Shown: positions 10,665 through 20,200 of the stretch, in pieces | Layout of the letters: each line of letters starts with the position of its first letter | How positions within the stretch are numbered: the first letter of the stretch is position 1 | Assembly: GCA_021796435.1 (NCBI GenBank) | Contig: JAJYXM010000016.1 | Span: forward strand, 54,625 to 118,624 | Source of the DNA: a bacterium | GTDB taxonomy: Bacteria; Patescibacteriota; Patescibacteriia; 2-12-FULL-60-25 | Direction of reading: 5' to 3' | Length of the DNA: 64,000 nt | Made by a program: the position numbers and the translations under genes | The notes under the pieces: generated by a model | Seen by the model: only the letters and a program-made list of their open reading frames with translations | The model's database searches: none | Told to the model about the DNA's origin: nothing

Positions 10665-11921
10665 TTGTTGCGCGGAGGAATGGAGATGCGAGGTTTGGCG
10701 GTGGTCGCGATACTGGTGTCCGGGCTTGGACTTGCCGGCTGCAATCGCTCACCCAGCGACTCCGAGATCTGCAGCGGAGCAGAGGGCGCGGTGGATTCGT
10801 GGAACCAGAGCGTGGCGGCTCGCGTGAGGCTCCAGAACATGTCCTTCATCAAGGGAAAGCCCGCCTGCAAAATGGAGCTGGTTTCCTGCGAGAAGACAGA
10901 TGGCGTCGCGAGCGAAGTGAACGAGATCAAGACATACCGGGCCACGGTTGCAGTGAGGGCGAAGTTCGCCACGAATTGCATGAAATGGACCAATCCCGCA
11001 TGGCACACCGCCGAGTACTACGTTGATGAGCAGGCTCCACCTGTGAGTGAGTACAGCTTGGGCGGGTTCGAGCGCTGCGACGCGACTGAAATCCTCACGA
11101 GTTCCGGGACCGCCTCCTGCATGAAATCGGAGAAGGGATGGAACTGTAGTCTTGCTTTCGAGCTGGGGCCGTTCCCTTCCGCCTCAACAGCGGCGCGGCG
11201 TTCTAGCCAGCAAGATGCCACGCCCGAATCCGGCAGCACTGGGACCGTTCCGCCTGCGGTTCCTCCTCATACAAGCGACTCGGCGGTTCCGGATCCCGAG
11301 GCATTCTGTCAGCGCTACGTGGGGTTCATCAAAGCCGAGCCGACGGCTGCCGACGTCGAGAAATGCAAGGCAGAGATCGACCGGCCAATGGGCAGCAAGG
11401 AACGCGAGAGCATGGCGTGCATCGCGCGCTGCTCCGTGAAAGCTACGGACGCGCAGACCTTCCGCGCGTGCGCTACGTCCGAGTGCCAGTTCAACCCGCC
11501 CGCGCCGTCCGGTCCGGCGGCAAGTGCGGCGGCCACCGGGGACCGGCCCGCGGGATTCCCCGAGGAGATCCCTGCGGAAAGGTCGAAGCCGCCCACGGTC
11601 CAGGAGTGGAACGCGGCCGAAAAGGTGGAGCTCGAACCAAGGGGATGCTTCCGCAAGGTGGTGCGGGAGTGGCTGAAGTTGAACTGCTCACGTGACGACA
11701 ATGTGAATCCCGATCCCCGGGCGTTCCTGGGTCTCGATGCGTTCGGCCGCGAGGGCGGTGACTACTTCGTATGGTCGCGGCCGGGCCAGACCGCAGACGT
11801 CATCGTACGGATGGTCAGAGGGCGCAGAAGCGTGGCGAGCTTGCAGCTCGGCTCGAAGGCCTTGTCTCTTGGATATGATTGGAGCGGCAACGGGCCATTC
11901 CCGCGTCTTGTGTGGGAGTAG
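10665..11921 (+). CDS. Secreted cysteine-rich lipoprotein, function unknown
   Basis: Signal peptide with lipobox LGLAGC. Many paired Cys residues. Confidence 0.6.
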   Translation: MLRGGMEMRGLAVVAILVSGLGLAGCNRSPSDSEICSGAEGAVDSWNQSVAARVRLQNMSFIKGKPACKMELVSCEKTDGVASEVNEIKTYRATVAVRAKFATNCMKWTNPAWHTAEYYVDEQAPPVSEYSLGGFERCDATEILTSSGTASCMKSEKGWNCSLAFELGPFPSASTAARRSSQQDATPESGSTGTVPPAVPPHTSDSAVPDPEAFCQRYVGFIKAEPTAADVEKCKAEIDRPMGSKERESMACIARCSVKATDAQTFRACATSECQFNPPAPSGPAASAAATGDRPAGFPEEIPAERSKPPTVQEWNAAEKVELEPRGCFRKVVREWLKLNCSRDDNVNPDPRAFLGLDAFGREGGDYFVWSRPGQTADVIVRMVRGRRSVASLQLGSKALSLGYDWSGNGPFPRLVWE

Positions 11922-11947
11922 CACTGAGCCCCGGGGAGGAGTGGAGC

Positions 11948-13642
11948 ATGAAACAGGCATTCCTTATCGGTATGTTGGTGCTTGTCGTAGCCGGCGTGGG
12001 CTGCGGCAACAGTGAGTCGAATCCGCCCGGTACCGGCGGAAGCGGCGGGGGGACGGCTGGAACAGGAGGAGCGGCGGGAACTGGTGGCGTCGGGGGGAAC
12101 ACAGGCGACTCCGGCACCGGCTGCGCTTCGGACTGCGACGACGGCTTCAGCTGCACGATCGATAGCTGCGCCGCTGGGAAGTGCACGCACGCGATCGGTC
12201 CGAACACGGGCGACACGGCGTGTCCGACAGGCCAGTATTGCACGGTCGAGCAGGGCTGTATCGCGGCGCCCGCGTGCGCCGACGTCTCCGACTGCGAGAA
12301 GGCGTTCGCGGGAGACGCCTGCAAAGCGAACATCCGATGCGACGCAGCGTCCTCGATCTGTCTCTTCGACATTCTCGACAAGGATCACGACGGACACCCT
12401 CCGCAGGTGTGCGGTGGAGGTGACTGCAACGATAATGATGCTTCCATCCATCCGGGCGCGATCGAGCAATGCGATGGCGTGGATAAGGATTGCGATGGAG
12501 TCGTGGACAACGGCGCAACTTGCTCCGATCCGCTCGAGTCCTGCCAGGCTGGAAGCTGTCAGTGCAGGCCGGAGAACCTGTGTGGGACCGCATGCGTGGA
12601 CAGGCAGGCGGACACGAACAACTGCGGATCGTGCGGCACCAAGTGCGATCCGGGGTACTCGTGCGCGTCAGGATCCTGCACCTGCCCCACCGGTTCCGAC
12701 GTCTGCAGCGGCGTCTGTGTCTCGTTGATGTACGACAATGACAACTGCGGTAGTTGCAGTCACGCCTGCTCCGATCTCGAATTGTGCGATTGCGGCGTGT
12801 GTAAGTGCGGTGACGAGCCTGGCGGGAGCCAATGCGGGGGCGTATCCGTCGGCAAGTCCCCCGGCATCCGATGCGGGATGGCCTGCATCGACCCGGAAAC
12901 GGACACAGCAAATTGCGGTACCTGCGGAACCATCTGCGGTGGTGGCGCTCCGTGCGAGCACGGTGCGTGCCAGGGGGGCGATCCCTGCCAGGACTCGTGG
13001 AACTGCCAATCCGGCCAGGGACTTGTTTGTGATCCTATGACCGCGACGTGCCAATCGGGCCAGTGCTCGGGCAACAACCCGTGCCCCAATGGCTTCGTCT
13101 GCCTCGACCAACAAGCCACCATGTCCGGCGCTTGCTACGCCGCCTGCGCGTATTCAGGGAATCCCGCGTGTCCATCCAACCAGACATGCGTGCCGAATCC
13201 AGAGTGGTTCGAAGATGGGTGGGTCTGCATGAACCAGGGCAGCGCCGGCCCAGGCGCCAGCTGCTCATCGCACGAAATCGGGACTGGATGCGCTGCAGGA
13301 TACCGCTGCCAGAAGTCCGGCGGAGGCGCCTTCTGCGGCAAGGTGTGTGACTTCTGGAACAGCCCGACGTGCCCGAACGGAAGCCAGAAGTGTTCCGTCG
13401 AAGGAGGCTGCTTCGCGAACGGGGACAGCGTCGCGATCGGTGGTACGTGCTCTGCCGGTGTCGGAACGCCCTGTGGCCCCGAGGGGAATCGGTGGGCAGG
13501 GATTTGCGTCGAGGCGGTGGTACCCAGTGACCCGCCCGTGTGCGGGAGGTGGTGTCGGGTTGGATCGAATGCCGATTGCCCAGGATCGACTTGCCAAGAG
13601 GATTTTACCCCGCCGGATGGTGTGGGGTTGTGCGCCTACTGA
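11948..13642 (+). CDS. Cysteine-rich repeat lipoprotein (Myxococcales-type putative metal-binding motif, MopE-like)
   Basis: Signal peptide MKQAFLIGMLVLVVAGVGC, then a Gly/Thr linker. Repeats of DxDxDGxxxxxCGGxDCDDxDxxxxPGxxExCDGxDxDCDGxVD. RBS GGGGAGGAG. Confidence 0.7.
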   Translation: MKQAFLIGMLVLVVAGVGCGNSESNPPGTGGSGGGTAGTGGAAGTGGVGGNTGDSGTGCASDCDDGFSCTIDSCAAGKCTHAIGPNTGDTACPTGQYCTVEQGCIAAPACADVSDCEKAFAGDACKANIRCDAASSICLFDILDKDHDGHPPQVCGGGDCNDNDASIHPGAIEQCDGVDKDCDGVVDNGATCSDPLESCQAGSCQCRPENLCGTACVDRQADTNNCGSCGTKCDPGYSCASGSCTCPTGSDVCSGVCVSLMYDNDNCGSCSHACSDLELCDCGVCKCGDEPGGSQCGGVSVGKSPGIRCGMACIDPETDTANCGTCGTICGGGAPCEHGACQGGDPCQDSWNCQSGQGLVCDPMTATCQSGQCSGNNPCPNGFVCLDQQATMSGACYAACAYSGNPACPSNQTCVPNPEWFEDGWVCMNQGSAGPGASCSSHEIGTGCAAGYRCQKSGGGAFCGKVCDFWNSPTCPNGSQKCSVEGGCFANGDSVAIGGTCSAGVGTPCGPEGNRWAGICVEAVVPSDPPVCGRWCRVGSNADCPGSTCQEDFTPPDGVGLCAY

Positions 13643-13725
13643 TCCGTTGGTTCATTTCGGGACTCGGGCAGTCCCGCTGAACAGGGCCTCGTGCGTTCCC
13701 TGTTCTCACATGGTAACGTCGCGAG

Positions 13726-14943
13726 ATGAAACGCAGATATGTCCGCGTCATTGACGCCACCAACCGCGGTGAAGCCGTCGTTGCGGAAGGGGCATCGTAC
13801 TCGGCGCTGCACCTACCCGACTGTATTTCGGCCGAGATCGGCGACATCCTTGCGCTTGAAGTAGGGCCCGAGCAGGATGTCGTGCGGACCGAACTCGTGG
13901 CGCGTCCGACGCTGCCCTTCGACCCGGAAGGCGACGCCTTGCGCTGGCGGAGGCCGGGCGAGGCGCTCCAACGGATGCGCCGCCTTGAGCTTCGCCACGT
14001 TGCCATGAGGGCCATCCGGGACTACTTCGATTCCCAAGGCTTCATCGAGGTGCATGCACCCCTCATGATCCGCGGCACCTGCCCCGACCTGCATGTTGAT
14101 TCCTTCGAGCTTGTCGCAGGCTACCTGACGACCTCGACGGAGTATCAGATCAAGCGGATGGTCGTGGGCGGCTTCGAGCGCATCTACACTCTCGGCGCAA
14201 ACTTCCGGCCGAATGAATCAAGTGAACGCCACAACCCCGAGTTCACCATGCTGGAGTGGGCTCGAGTCGGCGCCTCGCTCCGCGACATCGAAAAAGACGC
14301 GGAGCTCCTCACGCGGGCTGCTGCCGCGGCGGTTCGCGCTGCCTGCGACCACGACGCGATCCAGCAAGCTACTCAGCCCTTTCTCGCGGCAGAATGGCGC
14401 CGGGTGACCGTGCGGCAAGCGCTGCACGAGGTGCTTGGCGTCGTGGCCGACAACAGGTTCTCGCATGACATGCTGCGAGCTGAGGCGAGCCGCCTTGGGC
14501 TCGACGTTCCGGAGCAAATCGCTGCGGATCGGGGCGACCTGCTCTCGCATCTGATAGATCTCGCGCAGGGAGCGTTGGGTCACGACGTGCCCGTGTTCCT
14601 CACCGAGTGGCCGGTGTCCATGACGGCGTCCGCAGCCTCGAAGGCCGGAATGCCGGAGCTCGCCGATCGCACCGAACTTGTCATCCGTGGCCTTGAGCTG
14701 AGCGACGGCTTCCCGTGGGTCGGGGACGGCACAAGGCAGAAGGTGCTGTTCGACGAAGCGCTCGACCTCAGGCGTTCCGCGGGCAAGCCCCAGGTCGTCT
14801 TGGACGACCGGTACGTCGCGGCGCTGCACCAAGGCATCCCCCCAGGTGCCGGCATGGCGCTTGGGGTCGACCGGTTGATGATGAGTCTCCTTGCAGCGTC
14901 CAGCATCCGCGACGTCGTCGCCTTCGTGTGGGATGAGGTGTGA
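13726..14943 (+). CDS. epmA: EpmA/PoxA-like class IIb aminoacyl-tRNA-synthetase paralog (EF-P lysine ligase family) with an extra N-terminal domain of about 90 aa
   Basis: Motif 2 FRPNESSERHNPEFTMLEW. Motif 3 GMALGVDRLMMSLL. Catalytic-core order matches E. coli EpmA. No C-terminal tRNA anticodon domain is present. Confidence 0.7.
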   Translation: MKRRYVRVIDATNRGEAVVAEGASYSALHLPDCISAEIGDILALEVGPEQDVVRTELVARPTLPFDPEGDALRWRRPGEALQRMRRLELRHVAMRAIRDYFDSQGFIEVHAPLMIRGTCPDLHVDSFELVAGYLTTSTEYQIKRMVVGGFERIYTLGANFRPNESSERHNPEFTMLEWARVGASLRDIEKDAELLTRAAAAAVRAACDHDAIQQATQPFLAAEWRRVTVRQALHEVLGVVADNRFSHDMLRAEASRLGLDVPEQIAADRGDLLSHLIDLAQGALGHDVPVFLTEWPVSMTASAASKAGMPELADRTELVIRGLELSDGFPWVGDGTRQKVLFDEALDLRRSAGKPQVVLDDRYVAALHQGIPPGAGMALGVDRLMMSLLAASSIRDVVAFVWDEV

Positions 14944-15227
14944 CACAAACAGACAACCTGGCTTGTTCACGTGACGCCTGGACAGTAAGCCAGGAGCGTG
15001 TCAGGCTCGCTGGTTAAGAGGTTGCACCATGAAGACGCGTAGGAATCAGCTTGTCCCGGCCAGGCGCCAGCCACTGCCCACGACGTATCGCAAGATCACT
15101 CTTCCCGTGCCGAACCGACCCCGCAACGACTGGGAACGCGCGGGAGTGGTCTGTCTTGGGGCAGCGGCAGTGTTGCTCTTCATTGGAGCTGTGACGGCCG
15201 AAGCCTGATATCGGAGCGGTGCCGGAT

Positions 15228-15926
15228 TCAGGTACGCGCGAGAACGTACTCGGGATCGCTCCCATCAATGTCGAGGGTTCCGACCTTGGACATGCCGAAA
15301 CGTTCCGCGATCCGGACGCCGTCACCCGACACGGCGATGGCGGCGAGCCGCATCTGGCGGGCATCGTCCAGCTCGCGAGCGAGCGTCTGCATTAGCGCCT
15401 TCGACGCTGGTGTCTTCCGGAGCGGCTCGATGATGCTGTAGTTGAAAACGTATGCGGCGCCGCCGGGAGTTGCTCCGCGAAGTGGCGGCACAAAGCGGTC
15501 TTCGAGTTCGTTCGAGTGCCGCGTCAACACCTCGAAGGCTTGGGCGGAAACCGGATACCACGCGGCGTATCCGACAGGCAGGTCGTGGCCATCGGACGAA
15601 CGGCACCACCAGACCCGGAACCCCTGCGGGAAGACATGGGCAACATACAGCAGGCGGTTCAGGTCGACCCTTTCGACAGCGGGTGCATAGCAGGCCCAGT
15701 CCGCTACGAGCACAGCGAGCACATGCCTACGCCATCTTTCGTCAGCGAAGCGGCCGATGCCGGTCTCGAGGTCAGGGCACGCGTAGGCCGTTGACCTCAA
15801 CGAGTCGAGGCGCGAGCGCCAGTCCGCACACTCCTGCATGGCCTCGACGAGCGCATTCACGCGATGGACGAGAGCGTCGAACGGGAGCAGGTCGGGGAAC
15901 CCATCGTCGTTTGTATGCTCGCTCAT
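15228..15926 (-). CDS. Hypothetical protein, possibly an acyltransferase-like fold
   Basis: 232-aa coherent frame. It overlaps the upstream HDAC-like gene by 4 nt. Confidence 0.5.
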   Translation of the reverse strand: MSEHTNDDGFPDLLPFDALVHRVNALVEAMQECADWRSRLDSLRSTAYACPDLETGIGRFADERWRRHVLAVLVADWACYAPAVERVDLNRLLYVAHVFPQGFRVWWCRSSDGHDLPVGYAAWYPVSAQAFEVLTRHSNELEDRFVPPLRGATPGGAAYVFNYSIIEPLRKTPASKALMQTLARELDDARQMRLAAIAVSGDGVRIAERFGMSKVGTLDIDGSDPEYVLART

Positions 15927-16873
15927 CGCTCACCTTCGGGAGGTTGTACGTCATCGTTTGCGGTTTTCGCAGTCAGGACCGAAATGCTGGCAGCCACGCA
16001 TGCCGCCAAGGCGGCGCCATCGTACCCGCCCTCAAGGATGAGCACGAGCCTGCCATGGCAGTGTTCCTCGGCAAACTCACGAATGCGCGCCACGGCCTGC
16101 GCGTACCCATTTGTCGTGATCGCGAGGTCGGACATGGGGTCGTCTTCGTGTCCGTCGAACCCGGCGGAGACGACGATGAACTCAGGTTCGAAACCATCGG
16201 CGCGGCAAAGCGCCCCGTCCAAAGCCTCGATGAAGGCGCGGTCATCGGAGCCCGGTGGGAGGGCGAAGTTGATGTGCTCCGATACCCCCGCGGGATCGGG
16301 CTCGGCGGGGAAGAGTCCAATCTGGTGGATTGATGCCACCAGCACGTCGTTTCGCGCTGCAAAAATCTCCTGGGTGCCGTCGCCCCGATGCGCGTCGATG
16401 TCCAGCACGAGCACGCGGCGCATCCCGCGCGAGAGTGCGAACGCCATCGCGATCGCCGCGTTGTTGAAGATGCAGTACCCGCCGGCCCGGTCATGTCCGG
16501 CGTGATGGCCGGGCGGGCGCACGATCGCGAAAGCGTTCCGTGCCTTGCCCACGATGACCTCGTCCACGGCCTCGATGGCAGCCCCCACCGCACTTAGTGC
16601 CGCGTCAACAGAACCTGCTGAAAGCACTGTCTCATGGTCGAGCGCACCAGACTTGCCGCGCAGCTCGAGGATCCGCGCGACGTACCCCCACGAATGGACC
16701 AAGAAGAGATCTTCGGCTCGGACAAGCCGTGTCGGGACCCGCAGTTCAATCCCGGGCGGAAGAGCACGCAAAGCGGGACCGAGGCTACCCCAGCGCCAGG
16801 GTGATTCCGGGTGTTCAGGTCCCGGATCGTGCTTGGCGAGGTCGGGGTCGAAGAGGATGAGGGTGTGGGACAT
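15923..16873 (-). CDS. Histone deacetylase-family (AcuC/HDAC-like) zinc amidohydrolase
   Basis: HDAC signature FAIVRPPGHHAGHDRAGGYCIFNNAAIA and DIDAHRGDGTQEIF...VSAGFDGHEDD. Start set at MSHTLILFDP (ATG about 16871-16873). Confidence 0.8.
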   Translation of the reverse strand: MSHTLILFDPDLAKHDPGPEHPESPWRWGSLGPALRALPPGIELRVPTRLVRAEDLFLVHSWGYVARILELRGKSGALDHETVLSAGSVDAALSAVGAAIEAVDEVIVGKARNAFAIVRPPGHHAGHDRAGGYCIFNNAAIAMAFALSRGMRRVLVLDIDAHRGDGTQEIFAARNDVLVASIHQIGLFPAEPDPAGVSEHINFALPPGSDDRAFIEALDGALCRADGFEPEFIVVSAGFDGHEDDPMSDLAITTNGYAQAVARIREFAEEHCHGRLVLILEGGYDGAALAACVAASISVLTAKTANDDVQPPEGER

Positions 16874-17273
16874 GTCGCGTGAAGCAGCATACCGAAGCGT
16901 ACTTCGCGGGGGAAGTGGGTGAAACACCTGCTGGCGGAGCGGCATGGCGGGAGCTGCGTCGTTTGGCTGCTTGACCGTCACCGCGCGCGCGTTGTAGCAT
17001 CCGTAATAACATGGGCGAGAACTATCCGTGCATGAGTCACGACGAAAGCGGATGAACTGCCACATGCGTAGCATATGCAATACAACAGAATCAGGAGAAT
17101 CGTCGTCGTGGGTGTAATCTGTGCATCTGCTGCTCGTTGGGCATATGCCGAATACGCCCTGACCGAAACGCGTGCGAGATACTCCAAGCTATACAAAGTA
17201 GCGCTCGATCGCTGCCCTGACGCTCTCATCGTGACGGTCAAGTTGGCGCGCTAACGAAGGAAGCGGTGACGCC

Positions 17274-20200
17274 GTGGATCTTCAGACTCACTCGACTTTT
17301 AGCGGGTTCCTTGCCTGTTGTCTGGCGAGTGCCATGCTCTGTTGTAGCAATGCCTCCGACGAAGACGGTGCGAAGGCAAATTCGCCCGTTACTTCGGATA
17401 GCGCTACAGACGTAGATGGCCTTTTTCCGTCTATTGTGCGCGTGAGAGCGAATGGTAAGTCCTGTTCAGGCTTCAAACTGTCTTGCCGCCAAGTGCTTAC
17501 TGCGGCTCATTGCGTGTGTGATCTGTACAAGCAGGGAGACAGGGAGGTAGCAGACGGTCGGCATTGTGTCGCTGGGGCTACTGTGCGCTTCGAACGCGAC
17601 TCGACTGGACTCGACGTTGTCGAGATCGGGGCCACGGTCTTCCCTTATAGTGAATACTCCGCTGTATTCGGCAAGGATGGCGCAATCGAGGCTATCTCAG
17701 GTGACCTTGCCGTCCTGAGCCTTGATGCCGCGGGACCGAGCTGGGCCCCGAGCGTAGAGATTTCGACTTTTCGTCCCCAGCCTGGGACGAGTGTAATCGT
17801 CGCGGGCTACGGTGATACCCAGTGTCCGCTGGGGATGGATTGGGGGTTCGGCGGAGGCAGGAGGAGATACGGCTACTCAACTGTTCACAGTGTCACAGAT
17901 GAATTCGTCGTCATGGCGAAAGAGCCAGATGACGGCAAAGCCCTGCCGCTCAAAGGAGACTCGGGCGGCCCACTGCTGTCTGCGGCGTCAGTCTCTAGCA
18001 CGACCCCGAAGGCGTTCGGTGTCTTGACGGCGTCCGGTTGTGCGCCAACGTACTTCTTGCACGACACATCCGGAGCGGCGCTCTACACGCGAACGGACTT
18101 GGAACCACGTCGAGAATGGATAGACACCAAACTCACTCATTGTGACTTGATCTCAACTTGCACTGACGGCACGATGAACGGAGATGAAACGGGCGTCGAT
18201 TGCGGCGGAAGCTGTTCGCCCTGTTTCCCCTGCCAGCTGACCGAGACATGCGACAATAACGAAGACGACGACTGCGACGGCCAAACCGACTGCGACGATT
18301 GGAAGTGCGTTACCGAGCATCCCTGCTGCGGCGAGGAGGGTGACCGCTGCTGTTCGACGGGCGCCCCCTGTCTCGTCGACGGATTGACCTGCGACGCGAG
18401 CAAGCATTGCGCTTTGCCTCCTCCCACGGACCCCACCTGCCTCGATGACATTCGCAACCAGGACGAGGTCACGCGTGACTGCGGCGGCGTATGCACCGGC
18501 CTCGCGGGCTACTGCCCGTACGGCCCGGGTTCGAACGGCAAGTACTGCGGCGATCCAGACAGGCAGCAAGACCCGAATAGCGTGTACGTGTGCACTGATG
18601 GGCAGTGGATGTTCTCCGAGTCCTGCGGTAACCTCGGATGCCACAGGGCAAGTCCGTGCTTCCCCGACGACTGTAATCCACCTGCGCTCTGCAAAGACGG
18701 CAAGTGCGAGTCCGAGAAAGGCGAGGACTGCGCGAACTGCCCGTTCGATTGCCGCGTCGCCCCACCGCTCATCAACAAGGCGAGCGTGGGAGATGACGAG
18801 GTGCTGCTTTCCTGGCAGGCAGTAGACTGCGGTCATCGGTACCGCGTGAAGGTCTGTTCGAAAAGCGACATGGATCCGCATTCGTGCATCACGTGCGCTA
18901 CTAGCGATCCATCGGGAACTTGCGAGGTTGAACAGATCGGTGTCCGTGAGATCCCGATAGGGTTCGATCTGCTCGCCAAGAGCAATATCTGGTACTGGCA
19001 GGCGAGCGCCATCGCACTGCCCGAGCCGTCCGGCTGGGGTGCTTGGTCGGCGCAAGGCACGTTCACACTGCCCGATGAGCCTGCGGATGCGGGAACAGAC
19101 GGCTGCACGGATGCGTGCGCCCCTGGTCCTACGACGTGCGGACCGGACCCTGCCAAGGTATATGCCTGCCTGAAAATCAATGGCTGCTACGAGTGGAAGA
19201 CCCTAGATTGCGTTGACCCCTGGTTCGTCTGCTCGCCTGCGAGCGGTACCTGCAACAAGGCGTGCGGCTCCTCCGGGCAGGTGTGCTGTAGCGCGAACTC
19301 GCCGTCCCTCTGCCGACCGGGGCTCGGGCTCACGTGCGCGGGCGGCGTCTGTGCCGACCAAGGCGGTACCGGTGGTTCAGGCGGTTCAGGGACCGGAGGA
19401 TCCGGTGGCTCCTCATGCCAAAACGAGTGTTTCTCCCCGGGCACGTGGCAGTGCAACTCTGAGACGGAAGAGTACAACTGTATTCCGCTCGGGGGATGCA
19501 ACCAGAAGGTTTCGGTCACCGCGTGTGGCACCGGAAAAGCCTGTGTGCCGGGCTTGGGCTGCCGACCGTGCGGCGGCTACGGCGAGCCCTGCTGCGCTGG
19601 AGCCACCTGTACAGGTGGCGGGGTGTGTCAGGGAGACGGCAGGTGCGGTCATACGAGCGCATGTCCGGATGCCGATGGCGACGGGTTCCAGGACGAATCC
19701 TGCGGGGGCACGGACTGCGATGACTCCGTTTGGGCGATACACCCCGGGGGCGTTGAACTCTGCAACGGCAAGGATGATGATTGCGACGGCCAAGCCGACG
19801 AAGGCAACCCGGGCGGGAATGTCTACTGCGACACTGGAAAGCTCGGTCTTTGCAAGAGCGGGCATACGGCGTGCTCGAACGGCAACGTTGTGTGCATCCA
19901 GAACCAACTGCCGAGCCTTGAGCTCTGCAACGGCGAAGACGACGACTGCGATGGTAACGTGGACAACGGGTTCGATCTGTCGGGCGACCCCGTGAACTGC
20001 GGGGCTTGCGGCCACGAGTGCTTGAGCTTCCAGTGGTGCAGTGCTGGTGCGTGTCTTTCACCCGAGGTCTGCAACGGCCAGGACGATGACGGTGACGGGG
20101 TTGTCGATAACGGGAACCCGGGGGGTGGCGGGCCGTGCCAGACCGGCCAGCCAGGAGCGTGCGCCCCCGGGACCAATTACTGCGGCCCCGGAACGAATGG

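Noticed and set aside
12147-12911. Minus-strand Arg/Cys-rich 254-aa ORF and other frames inside the cysteine-repeat lipoprotein gene
   Set aside because: Antisense artefacts of a GC-rich repetitive coding region.
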